A DNA stretch of 59,910 nt, from contig UYFQ01000561.1 of the NCBI GenBank assembly GCA_900617105.1, positions 62,001 through 121,910 of the forward strand, written 5' to 3'. A model generated the notes under the pieces. The model was not told the origin of the DNA and did no database searches. It worked only from the letters and a program-made list of their open reading frames with translations. The position numbers and the translations under genes were made by a program. Source of the stretch: Hydrurus foetidus (taxonomy: Eukaryota). Of the stretch, positions 39,392 to 52,532 are shown piece by piece (the first letter of the stretch is position 1; each line of letters starts with the position of its first letter).

Positions 39392-42300
39392 TTACGATCT
39401 AGTACCCACATCATCCGGATTCGAAAAATAGTCGAGATATCTCGCACTTCCAGGCATTTCGTAAACGTCATCAGGCGCATCATCAAGTTGTTCTGATCCG
39501 TGGAAAGAGTAATCCAAATTGTTTTTTCTGTCGTTTATTGCAGGCATGAAGAATCCGTGACTGCTGTTATCCAGAGAGTTTTTTCTCGGATGATTCACAG
39601 CACTTTCAAGAGAGTTGTGTCTCACTGACTGCAGCACTAAAGCCGCCTCGCCCTCTGCACTGATAACTGTCTGTTGCTGTGTAGATAAAGAACGTACTCG
39701 TCTAGAAGAGCCCTCTCTGCCCACCCTGTCGATCAGAGGAATGGATGAACTGCCTAAACTCACTAGTCTAGGTGAGGGCATACTGCAGGAGCGGGACGGG
39801 GTGTTGCCTGACTGAGACATAGCCAAGCTGTCTGCACGGTCGAGGATGTGTGCGTTGGGTATAGCTATCGGGAGAATGAGAGGAGATAGTCCTGTGTGCG
39901 TGTGTGCATGTGGGGGGGAAGGGGAGGGAGGGAGGCAGCAGAAGATTAGATAATAGTGGATTACGAGGAAAGAAGATGAAAAGGGAAGAAAAAGATTTGA
40001 CGTGTCGAATGAAATGAATACAAGATGAGATAAGATAAGATAAGAGGGAGGATGGATAGAGGCAATGAGAGACGTCTCTATTGGAAAGGGGGATAGAATT
40101 GAAACAAGTGAAGGGAATGGTAGTGGTGGGGGGGGTATCGTGGTTAAATGGAATTTGAAGAGAGCGCGTTGAAGAGACGAGAGGGAGGTGTGACTGCCGA
40201 CACATGTAAATGGGTTGTACGCATGTGAGGTATAGGCACAGTTTTGAAATGAAGACGAAGAATGACACACACAAACAGACACATAGACAGACAGACGGAC
40301 AGACAGACAGACAGACGGACAGATAGGCATGCAGAAAGCAAACACAAGTACAGGAAGATAGACACATACACGTATTGACACACACTCTGACTGACAAATG
40401 CACGAGCAGACAAAAAAGAAAAAGATGCCTACAAAGACAGACACACACGAAGAGTCAGAACGTACCTGGTGACTGCATTGAGAATTTCCTCGCACTAGTA
40501 TTATCGGCAGAAGGCTGTATAAGAGCGAAGGAGGGTGCGGGGGAGGGGACGATGAGGGAGTAGTCGGAGTGCATATCTGCCAGTCGGAACAACTCGAAGA
40601 AGGAGTTCAAGTCGATCGTGTGAGAGCCGTTGATGTCCATGATGTCTGTATGGGGAAGAAAGAGAGAGATAATGAGTAAGTAAGTGACTGAGTGAGTGAG
40701 AGAGGGAGCAAGGGATAAAGGAATTAACAAGAGAGAAGGAATTATTTTTCCGCTAGTGATGTTATCAATGATGTAAAGAATTTCAACAATAAATAAGTAA
40801 CACGTAGAATGAGTAGAACTAGTGTGAGAGTAATGGTGAGATCTCGAACCTAAGATCGTGTCTAGGTTTCCGAGTTGGTTCTCGGGCGATAGAGCTTTGT
40901 TCAGTCTCTCACATCCAGCTAGGAACTCTGTCTTGCTTATCAAGCCACTGAGAGAGTAATGGGGAGGGATTGGCGAGGGGGGGGAGAGGATAGGGGTGAG
41001 TACGAGAGAGGCGAGGAGGAAAGGGTGCAGAGAATAGAGGAGAGGGGTGAGAATAGGGCAGTATAGGGAAGGAATAGTAAAGTGGAAAGAAGAAATGGGG
41101 ATGAGGTGAGAATGAGAGAGACAAAATGATATGAGAAAATAATGTGACGAGTACGAGATAAGAAAAAGAAGAAAGACGTGCGGGGAGATGAGAAGGGAAA
41201 ACAAAAGAAAGGGGGTACAATAGCGAAGATAATGAGAATGAGAATGGAGACGAGCGTGAGATGTAAAAAAAAGGAAAAAAGATGCATGAGAGTAAAAAAG
41301 AACAGAATTGGGATTGATGTATGTAATTGTCGGGAAGAATACGGAATAAAATAGAAATCGAAAAGCAGATGCAATATAAGGGTATAAAAAATTCAAATTG
41401 GACAATTTTGTGCACATCAATCTCACGCACTACCAATAAAAACACCCGAAAAATCGTATGTCCGTACATACAAACGTACCTGTTATCTATATCAAAATAT
41501 CGGAACACCTCTGCAAGTCTCTTGTGATCCTGGTAAAGAGAGCCCACAAGTGCACCGCCTATTGTCGCGCTTTCTATCCCTCCTCCTGTTCCTCCACTAC
41601 TATTATCTTTTGAGGGAGAAGGAGAAATGGACGGAAGACCGTTTTCTTGTTTGGATTCCAAATTAGCTGAAGGGGGAAATGGATGAAGAAGTGGGAGGGA
41701 GGGGGGGGGGGGTAGAAGGGTTGAGGCATGAAAGGAAGGATGGGATGCGAAGGAGGATGTGAAGAGATGTGGATGAAAGAAAGACATGGTGAGGAGTGCA
41801 TGGGAAACAGGGAGGAAGGGAAGATGGGCGGAAGGGAGCGTACAAAGGATGGATGGATGGGAAGGGAAGAAAGAAAAGGAAGGAAGGGACATTAATGGTT
41901 AAGGATATGCATACATGCACTTTACATGTAAACTACAAAGTAAGTAAGAAAGATGATTAGAAAGTAAAATAACAAGCAAACAAGCAAGAAAAAAGAAAAG
42001 AAAAAAAATAGATGAGCACTGCAGTATGTTTATCAGCACACATGATCAGTGATGTGCAGCCTAAGGTCGAGGTCAACAGCCTTGAAGAGCACTGTAGTAC
42101 CGAATGTACGCGTGAGTGAATTAAAATGTATGTGCTGCATTAATTAAGTTCAAGCTAAGTTAGAATAAAAGAGGGTAATAAAAAAAGAATTCTTATTGAT
42201 AAAAGGTGCATTTCATTTCATTTCATTTCATAGATTTGACTTACATTCTGTCGAATTCTTTTGATCCAAATAAGCGGAACTCAACAACAGACTTTCTTCG

Positions 42301-44386
42301 TAGTCGGAATCATAGTTAACGTTCTCATTGATGTCGTCCTCGTTGAAAGCTATATCGAAGAAATAAACCGAGTAATATAAATCCGTATCAACCACTCTGA
42401 CTAAATCCGTACCAGTGCGCTGACACGCTGAAAATAACGGATTTGAGATAGGAAGGATATCAGTGAAGTAGTTGTTTATTTGTTAAAGCTTATTATGTGC
42501 TGATTTGACTATATTGTTGTATACAAAAAATGAAGTACAGAATACGGAATACAAAAATTCATACGAATCAGACTAAATCACTGCATGTAAGTGTTCAAGT
42601 CATCCCCAGCATAACTATGATAATCACTAATAACGGATTCAAGATGGGAGGGTATAGGCAAAGTAGTTGTTGGTGATTTTGTTGACGTGTAGAACACGAC
42701 AGAGCAGCGACTGCGTTCGATGATACGTACGTACATACATACATGTAGAGGAGAGGAAAGGAGGGGATAGAAGAGGAGAGAGAAGTTACGCACTTTATAG
42801 TACTGCTGTATTAACATAGATAGTGTAGCAGTCTGTATGTTGATGTTGATGTTGATATTGACATCGCGTACCACACATCATATTGACGATAGTGACGATG
42901 CACTGCATGTTGCGCTAGCATTAGATGCTGACAGTATGCTGTGCATTGCATCGCATCGCATCGCATCGCAATTAGATCAATGCGTTATGACGTGTTTCAA
43001 GTCTAACTATACTTCAGCAGATTCATCAGCTAAAATTAATAAGTATACGTACAACAAAATGAAAAAAATTGAAGTGCATTGGGAGTCTTTTCTTCGCAAA
43101 ATTACGATGAAAATGAAGTGAAGAGAAAAAACGAGCCACCTGTGCTAAATTCCGGATCACCTTCATTACAGTCTCCCAGCGCAACACTAATATTCAACTT
43201 TGGGTCTTTGCTGAATACCATGTAAGCACCGCTATTTCCTCCACCGCCATAATTGGAAGCCGAAAATATAGTGCACAATAATTCTGTGTTTACTCCGGTA
43301 TAAGGATGATCAAATCCTATGAGAAATAATTTATTAAAAGTAAGGTTCTGAATTAAATTTATTGCTTTCCAGATAGAAATGTAAAATAATGCACCGATCG
43401 AGAAAAACGAAAAATATCTCAAGTAGTTCATAATTTCAATTGTAAGAGTTTACAGTTAGGAAATATTATGAGTTATAAAATAATAAAAATCGTCAAAAAA
43501 ATATTTACATTACACATACTCCAGGGCTCGCAATAAGTTCAACAATCTTCTACAATTCAACTGTGTGGAAATGTAGATTTTTTACATCACTTAATAAATT
43601 GTGTCACCAAAAAAGGGGAGGTTAGTGGGGTGGTATTTTCTATTTCACAACTTTTCCCAATTACGTACATGTAATGTACCTGTTCGTACGCACTCATGGC
43701 TTCTGACGATCATTTTTAGCTGATTGACTTCTAGAAAGGTTATCACTCTGTCGGGACCGAACGATACTCCTGCTCCTGATACCGGATAGATTAAAGAGGA
43801 AGATATTGAGGAAATTATTGAGAGTATGAAGGGGAGAAGGGGAGAAAAAGAGGGGGAGAAGAAGAGTATGAGGAAGAAGAGGGGGAGAAGAAAAAAAGGG
43901 GGGAGGGAGGAGAAGGACATAGAGACAGTAGAGGAGAAAGAAGAGGAGAAGAGAGAGAGGAAGGAAGAAAAGATGGAGGAGTAGGTGAAGGGGAGGAGCA
44001 TGAGAAGAGAATAATGGAGTAATTCAGATGGACGATATGAAAATAAGAAAATGAGAGATGAACGAATAAACGAAAAAAGAAATAAAGACTCGCTACTCAG
44101 CATTAACGATAGAATTTTTACCACAGACAATTTTACACTGCGTGCAATTGGATTTGAATGAAAAAATTAAATAGTAAAGAATACTAACTCGTACGTACGT
44201 ACCTCTGACGTTGACTTCTATACCCGGTGTGTCGACCGGATCAGACCACAGGGCGTCTCTGGCCAACTGCTTTAGATATTCCTCGCGCTTGAATCTGTTG
44301 AAAGGAGTCACAGGGGGAGTGACGGGGTGAGAGAACGAGAGATAAATTGAGAGGGAGAATAAGAGATGAGAAGATGAATAGGGGAG

Positions 44387-44453
<67 letters not shown>

Positions 44454-47400
44454 ACAGGCAGCCTGACTGCGAGAGAATAAACAGCAGAGGATTTGAAGGT
44501 GATAAATAAGAGGTGTGAATTTTGGAGATCAAACAAGACAGAAATGACTAATTCAATGAGATTACAAGATAGTGAAGGAGGCAACGAACCAGCATTGAAA
44601 AATAGTAGGAGAATAACAAGGCATGACCGTACAGATAGATAATGTATGTGCTCAGTCATAACATGGGTATGCTGCACTCTATTCCAATCACACACCAATA
44701 TGCAGTAAAAAATTGTTTTTTAAACCGTATAGATTTATTATAAGAACGCGCAGAGTGCAATAAAATGATACCGTGGGATTTCCTGTAGTTTTTCACCGCC
44801 TTCCGGCATGTCCCGTAAAGAGAACTCTGCTCTATTGATTGCGTTCAACTCGGAGAGAAGCGCGTCTTGGGTGTGGAAGATACCTCCGTGCACCACTAAG
44901 ATTGCGCTGTTGATTATCTGTGTGTGTAGGGGTGTGTAGAGGGGAGAAAGGGGAGGGGAAGGGGTCGGGATTGAGGATAGTTGTGGGAGTTTCTTATGCA
45001 TACGTGTTACAGGGAGTGTATGTGCGTGTGTGAGCATGTGTGTGCGTGTGAGGAATGCGTGTACTGAGAGAGAGGTAGGGACTAAGAGGAGAGAGAAGTA
45101 AAAGAGAAAAGTCACAATGATATTGGAGAAAATAGGGAGAGTTACTAATTCTAATTCTAATCAACACGAGGAGAGGAAATGCGTACGTGCGTGTCCGAAA
45201 TGTTACACAGGAGTTACAAGATCATCAGCCGCTCAGTGCAATTACAAAATAGTGCGTATTGTTCTGTATTTATTCGAAGACAGTAATGATGAAACATACG
45301 GAATATCGAATCTTATTCTGTATTTACTCACAGCGAATAGTGGCAGACAGATGATGAAAAATACAAAATGTTATCTCAATTTCTGTATTTACTCACGGCG
45401 AATAACGGAAGATATCCGAAGACCTCTATGAACATCCCGAAGGTGATGTCATCGTATTTCTCAAAACACTCCACCTGAGATATAACAGTTGAAAGTAGAA
45501 TTCAAGGGAAAGAACGTGGAAAAGAGGAGATATTTGGATGTGAAGAAACTAGTACAGAATTGAAATATACTTGAAGTTGAATAACACAAATAAAAGTGGC
45601 CGAAAAAAATTTGGAGAGCATATCGTAAGATATCATCTGCATCAATTCTGTAACTAATGAAGAAGGAAAATGGAATGGTATAAAATGCGAGTTACACGAA
45701 TAATACCTGAAATCCGTATGCACAGCAAATAGCGTAATCTTCGTGATTTCCTCTGTTCAAAACTACAGTGCCTGAGAATCACGGAAATGAGAGCAATTCA
45801 GTATGTCGAAACATGCAGAATAAAATAGAACAAAGTGTTCATGTCATATCGACTGCATTCTACCCCTGTGCCACTTTTTGTGCTACATACCAAGACGATC
45901 AATAAAATCAACTGAATGCTTCGATCTTCACGGCGTCTCAAGGGAGGTATTTTATTGCTGATCTGGTCCACTTTAATTCAATGCTGGACACACATCTATA
46001 TACGACAATACACAGGCACTTTTTAAAGTCAGTGTGTGTATTGTCGTTTATAGGGGTGGGTCTAGCATCAGAGATTCAGTGGATCAGATCCGATCATATC
46101 AGCGATGAAACACGTCCTTGACCTCTACTGCAACGCGACTTCTCTACCCAACCATCTTACAACTCTCGACTCCTGCTGTTTGTAACTCCCATCACTTCGC
46201 TACCTCTACTTAACACTCGAGAATATGTCTACCTCCCTCGAGTACGCCCCTCCCTATATCTCCTCTTCCTCCACCCCCTCTCTCACCCTTTTCTTCTCTA
46301 CCGTCCACCCCTCAATCTCCCCATTCATCAGTCCATACACTACTCCATCCCACTCCATCCCATTCTATTCCATCATTGTATGTACTCCCACTCCAGTGAA
46401 TATTTGAGTGTGCAAGTATTCTGACTACAGTGCATATGTGCATTTTTACGCATCTTATCCCACTCCATTCCTCACCTCTTGGGAATGCAACAAATAGTGC
46501 CAATAAAAGCAACATAACTTCCACTCCTCTCGGCCCCCTATCAACGAAATCCCCTGGGGGGTGGAATTAGTGTAACAGATGTGAGAAATGATTATGAAAG
46601 AATTCAGGAGGGCGATTGATAAGGGAAAAGAGGAAGGGAGAGGGAGAGAGGAGGGGAGAGAGGAGGGAGAGATGAGAGGGGAGGGGAGATGGAGAGAGGA
46701 GGGGGGAGAGAAAAGATAGGATGGTAAAAAGGGAGAAGTGGAGATAGTAGGTGGTGAGGGAGAGAGGGAGAAAGAGGAGAGGAGGATGTGTCAATTGAAA
46801 GAGTGCGATAAGATGAAGAAAGGAGGGAATGGAGAAGAAATAGTGGGATGGAAGGATGAGAGAGTTGGAAAGAAAAGAAGTGGGGTGAGGATGGTAAGAA
46901 ATGGTGCACTTTAATCGCGAAAGCATGACAGATTTAACGTGGAGTAAATACTAAAAACGGACGTAAAATAGCATCATAGGATTGAAAAATATGACGAAGT
47001 ACAATGTATTGCAACTTGATGCAATTCAATGGAATAAAATACAAAATGATGCGATAACTAGAGCTGCAGAGAAGAGAGAAGAGGAGAGAATGCGCACCAT
47101 TGAAAACGTATTTGTTGTTCACAGAGGGAAATCCACTGTCTTCTAAAATGTGAATCAAATCGGGGAGCTGACCTGTATGTGCAAGTACGAGTGTTAGAAT
47201 GTACGGGATGTGGTGTAAGTACGTGTGTTAGAATGTACGGTATGTGGTGTTAGTACGTGTGTTAGAATGTACGGTATGTGGTTTTAGTACGTGTGGTAGA
47301 ATGTACCCGATTAAGATGATGATATAAAAATAAAATGAGGTTTGAGATCTGAGCACAGAATATGTGAACACGGTCACAGTATTCCATTGATGAGAGTGGA

Positions 47401-49600
47401 GTATCGCATATCGAAATGTAGAATAGTAACAAAACCAAACATGGCAGGATAAGTGTAGAAGTATATAAGGTGGCAGAACATATCAGAAGCAGAAATCGAG
47501 AAATAGGAAAATTCTAAACCACAACATTAAAGTAGGGAGGAACAGCAAGAATAAACGTGAAGGAGGATGTTACGCACCATGTATGTCCCCCACCACTGTC
47601 AGTCTATCATTAGGTCCTACGTCGCATTTAGTCGTATTCGGTAACTCAGATAAATGCTTATACGAAATACGTAATATTTTATGAGCAGATTTGAAACTCA
47701 ATCTTCCGCCTTGCTTCAGCACATTCATGACGATTGCTGCGACAGACGGTGTGATAGGCCCGCTAGGAATATCAAAATTGTCCAACATTGTCTGCGGTAA
47801 ATCTCCCTCTAACAAATTCAAATTGGAAGATATTGATAGTAAAGAACTTAATTTTGATTTTTCCACGGGATATTTATCCGTATTTGAATTTCCGTTAAAA
47901 TTGTCTGTAATGTTTAAATTAGAATTCGATTCTGTCGAGTTTAATGCGTTGATAGCTGTGTGAGTTAAAACTCCAAAAGTCTCTTTCGTATCTTCCCCCT
48001 TGACACTGTCTTTCAGACTAGTGGTGCTAGTGTAACTGCATTCACTGCTATGCCGTGATGCGTTTTTAATCGCTATTAAATCTTCGTTTTCATCTTTTTT
48101 CTCCACTTCTGTTTTCCTGGACGGATGTATGTTCATTCCCATTAATCGACTTTTACTACTCTCTCTGTTAAGACTTATCAAGCTGTCAGGATCGCATACC
48201 ATAACTGCATCAGTGCTGTAAAAAAGTGTGAAAGGAAAAAAATGAGTACAAAAATGAAACGGAGAAAATATAAGTGATTGAAGGTGCTGAGTAAATCAAA
48301 TTTTTTTTAAGTACGAAATAATTTGTTGGAAGTGAGTAAGTACGTCACCTGTACGATCGGAATACTTGTATAACCTCCTCATCCGCTTTTTTCCTACTGC
48401 TAGAATTCGCGCTCATATCAGCGCTGTTCGATCTACCGGCTATGCCGTCCATACGGGATAAACTGGCCGAACGTACCATCTGTACTAACTCTTTTGCATT
48501 GCAACTCCCGTTTCTTAATAATGAAATATTGTTAGATGCGCTGCTTTTGTCCGATTTTGATTCTATGTCTCCGACAGCTGCCGAGACGGATGGAAACATA
48601 TCCATTTTTAAATTTGATTTGCTTCGTCTTTTAATCAGTGTTATTGTGTCATCTCCTTCTTTATCCCCATCCCCGATATCCGTTGATAAATTGTTACTAC
48701 GCTCTCCTGTAAATACGAAAAGAGCAATCAAGCAGGAATACTTAAAATTCAAAAGATGAGGAGACTGTGCCACAATTCAATAATATCATGCGAGTGTTAT
48801 CATAACAAGAGCAAAGTAAAAAAGACAGTTACAGAAACTCGGAAGAAATGTACGAATTGTCAACAATGAGATAATTATACACGGAAAGAAAAAAACAAAT
48901 AAATTAATCAACAGATACATGACATTACTTGGACCATTTCCTCACCTGAAGTAAGAGATTCTTCAACCGTAAGAGATAAATAATCAGCTATGGCATTCAC
49001 AGCTCCGAAATTTTTCTTCTCACTCACTCGATTTTTCGCTGAATCTTCTGCACAACTAGGATCCAGCAAAGAATCTTGAGGAACATTATTCATCACTTTC
49101 GTTAAGAAGTCTGTCAACGTGTTCATGTCAGCTTCATCGAAGCATTCGGAGTTAGTAAACACCATCCATTTCTGTTCTTTTTCAGCTCGTCTTTTCAATA
49201 GTCGTCGCCTGGTTTGTTTCTGTAACCGAATAGCATTGTTGTTCATAGCTGTCATCTCCTCCTCTTGCTTTAACAAGTCTAAAACGGATTTCTCTGCACT
49301 GGCTGTTTCGACATACTCTCCTGCCATCATATTCTCTGTATGCACACGATCCCTCAAATTGGCTTTCTCAGCCCATATCAGTTCTCTCTGTTCTTTCTCC
49401 AGAATCTCTGTCTCCTCATCACTCAATTCACTATTATTCTCGCATGATCCATAGCTACCATTCTTCTTACTCCGATCGAGATCTAAAGAATCAAATGATG
49501 CGTCGGAATGCCTTCGAATGTCTCTGCTAGTGTCTCTGCCGCCCTGCCTCGCCTTTCTTACAGGCTTTGGTTTTGCAGCTTTACTTGTAGCGCAGCCCAT
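39392..49600 (-). CDS. PPEF: Ser/Thr protein phosphatase with EF-hands (PPEF/RdgC/PPP7 family), multi-exon
   Basis: MGCATSK N-terminus, IQ-like AIRLQKQTRRRLLKRR, PPP motifs VVGDIHGQ, FNGDFVDRG, NRGNHE, VHGG, LWSDP, RSHE and FSASNY. EF-hands FRYFDIDNSGLISKTEF and MDINGSHTIDLNSF. Exon phases were checked through the catalytic domain. Confidence 0.93.
45960..46090. mobile_element. Short hairpin MITE in a PPEF intron
   Basis: gatctggtccact...atgctggacacacatctatatacgacaatacaca pairs with tgtgtattgtcgtttataggggtgggtctagcat...agtggatcagatc. A related half copy lies at 15618-15670. Confidence 0.75.
47184..47306. repeat. 34-bp minisatellite, ~3.6 copies, next to a PPEF acceptor site
   Basis: The unit agtacgtgtgttagaatgtacggtatgtggtgtt repeats with a 34-bp period. 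Confidence 0.9.
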
Positions 49601-50002
49601 AACGCAATATCTTCAATGCCTACTGATCAGGGGGCAGTCTTGATTTCAGGGACTTTCCTATCAGAATTTTCAAGTTATGATACAACATGAATGTCAGAAG
49701 TTTACATCAGGAAGAGATGATAGTCATCGAAGAGGGATAAGTAGTCCCAGTATTCTTGAAAGAACAGAGGGGTTTAATTATTCCAGCAGCAGAATAAGGG
49801 GAAATTCGATGAACACTTTCAAGTGAGGCCCAACGCCATTCATACATCCAAAAACTTGCTGTGTACCTTCCACACTTCGAAGTAGAAAAAGTCCCACTGT
49901 CTGTTCACCTCCGCAAAATTTGAGAAGCAATCCGTCCGTTAATGTCACCTCCTTGCGGCAACCTCCCACATTAACGACGAACAATTTTAAGAGTTTGGGA
50001 GA

Positions 50003-50299
50003 TGTCACAGAGTATATTCATAGTCATTGAAGAAAAGAGAAAAGTTAAAAGCGTATCTCAAGATCTACGTATCTAGGGTCCGTCTGATACCGTATAGCTT
50101 TGAGCTCAGGCTACAATTCACGGGAACGCTAAAAACTAAAAAGTTTCCCATTGTGGTAATTCCGGGTCCAAGGTCCCGATCCTACCGGATAGTACTATGG
50201 TACACTACCCACCGTACACTACGGTCTGTTGTATCGTCGTAGCCTTTTACATCTTCCACGTAGAAGTTCACCCTAGCTTCTAGCCTTCAGCTGTAACTA
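50003..50299 (-). mobile_element. Probable LTR remnant (3' LTR of a decayed retroelement)
   Basis: On the minus strand, a purine-rich tract (ggaggtagg) is followed by t(a)gttacag ... aatatactctgtgaca, giving imperfect TGTTACAG/CTGTGACA inverted termini. A stop-interrupted minus-strand reading frame lies upstream (about 50386-50940). Confidence 0.35.
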
Positions 50300-51657
50300 C
50301 CTACCTCCTATAGACTTCGTCTCTTCCATTTCCCATCCAGAGCCACAATAGCGCTAATACCGCTCATCCTTCTTCGCTTCTTCTTCTAAAAATCTACTCG
50401 GCCAATCTTTAGATAGACTTCCAACGGAGTAGACATACTCCACGACTTCCGAGGAGTCGTTTTCTCGCTGAGCCCGAAGCTCCGAGAACTTACTTTAAGT
50501 TTACGGAAGTTTGGCATAGCCGCTTCCTTCTTGGAACCCTCCGAAAGGTGTTTCCAAAAGTTCGTTTCTGGTCGAAGTCGCGAGAGGCTTCCCAACTCGA
50601 AATTAAGGAGTTCTCCGCTTGCAATTTGGACACCGGTTCGATTGCTAGAGACATCAGATTAGTCGAAGGACGTCTTTTGGTCGACAGGAAGTTCTTCCTT
50701 CATCCCCAAGAGGACCCAAAAATTTTCTCCACTCAAAATTTGGCTTCCACGCCTAAGAGATTTTCTCAATAATAGTTGGTTGAAACCAACTTATTCGTTG
50801 TTCCTAACGTAAAGGACCCTTTTAACCAACGAGGCGAAGCCCTCGCAATTTTTTTGACGAGGGGCTTCTGTCTTCGATGAGTTACAATCATATTTCTCCG
50901 AAGAGATATCAGTCTCAGCATCGACAAGTTGAGTGACCGAACAGAATCACCATCTGATTTTATTAAATCAACATCTGATATTCTGATGTCATGTTTTTAT
51001 GGTGTTTTTGGATTCAGCTCGAGCCAAGGATTACTTTACAATAACTTTCGGGCTGTTAAACTTGATATTACCGGTAATATTAAGGGTATTTGGGTCCAGC
51101 CTGCCTGGGATTCTGGGATACAGCCAAATCCTGCCCCAGGCAGGATGGGCAGGATTCGCTTAGCCCTACTTCGCATGATGATATCGCTTTTATCGAGTAA
51201 TCGTTGCAAACGATTCTCTAGGATATGAGAGACAATTATGCAGAGGGGCGATCGTGTCCGCCTCCGAATTCTCTGTGTATCATTTGTCAAAAGACAAGCA
51301 GAAATCACCTGCTGACACCTCAAGTCAAGCTTAGGGATCAGTGTACCTAGCACTACCAATGCATGATGATACAATGAAGAAAAAAAATTATGAGTCATGA
51401 CATTTAAAAGGTACCATCACGATATATATCCCATATTACGACTTAAATAAGAGTTTTGTGTACCTGCGAGGTTGTATAACTAGCTAACCACGTATAGATA
51501 TTATGAGCTACATTGCAAATATTGTTTATACATATGTGGAGTTCAATAATTTGCTTGCTGGCAATTTCTAAATCATTTGTAGTTTCATGTTTTTTTATTT
51601 GTAGCATCCCATTTGTTTTGCCTGAAAATAAAATTATCACTCGGGGGAAAATGATAT

Positions 51658-52488
51658 TTAATTTGCAATAAAAACATTTCCGGTTACAGGGAATTTATCA
51701 CAAGATGCAGATATAAACAAGCTCTATTTTTGTCTGTATACCCTGCACCAGCATGTGACATGTCTCCTCTAAAAATCAGCATCGAATGAAGTGGAATATC
51801 AATTGACTCACGAAGCCGACCAACAATAAGACGGGTGTTCTCTTCTAAACTCACGATGGCAGAGTAATGGAATTCCGACAAATTTGGGACAGGCTTCTTT
51901 TCTTTATCAAAGTCTCCGTGTGAAGGTTGTTGAGGATCGCCTGGAAATGACGTAAGCAATTCGACAACAATGTGCACACATTTACTGAAAACAATTTTGA
52001 GGGCACTCAAGAGATCAGATAAGATATCCTCGGGAATTCTCACAGCCTGCATGAATCGTTTCCATGGACGCTTGCTCTGCTGAAAGATAATTGGCTCACG
52101 TTTACCTATAAGCTTAATCTCTGATGCCTTCAGTAAACTTGAGACAACGTTGGGAACAATGACGTACTCTTGGTGACTTTTAATCTTATCAATTAGTGCG
52201 CAGATTCTCAAAACATCCCCATTCTCGATTCCGATAATTTCATGCTTCCTCTTCATTCTTGACTTCCTCATACTCAATTTTAAAATCTCCGTCGTGGCAG
52301 CCTTTTCGGCGGTGGGGTCTTTGGACGATAGAGCTTTCTTTTTTGCCAGCGCTTTTTTACTCTTCTTGAAGGCTAAATTGAGGTGATAACTGCATTTAGC
52401 AAGGTATCTGTCGTTGCCTGATTTTGAACAGACATTTGGACAGGACTTGTCACCATATTTGAAGTTGCGAGTTTTTTCGGCTACCATG
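51658..52488 (-). CDS. 2OG-Fe(II) dioxygenase-domain protein (PhyH-like fold) with N-terminal Cys/His finger and basic region; probable frameshift near the C-terminus
   Basis: HxD in QQPSHGDFD, strand YSAIVSLEENTRL, distal His in LIFRGDMSHAGAGY. A 1-nt shift near 51721 restores N-x-R-LFISASCDKFPVTGNVFIAN* (stop at 51658). N-terminal CPNVC...KCSYH is followed by KKSKKALAKKK. An acceptor-like ttttcag precedes the ATG. Confidence 0.75.
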
Positions 52489-52532
52489 CTGAAAAATTGT
52501 GCCAGTCCGTAAGGAAACGTTTCGTTTTTCAG

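Noticed and set aside
39768..41920. Several long Leu/Ser/Phe/Pro-rich minus-strand ORFs
   Set aside because: Stop-poor pyrimidine-rich PPEF introns; only the embedded exons are coding.
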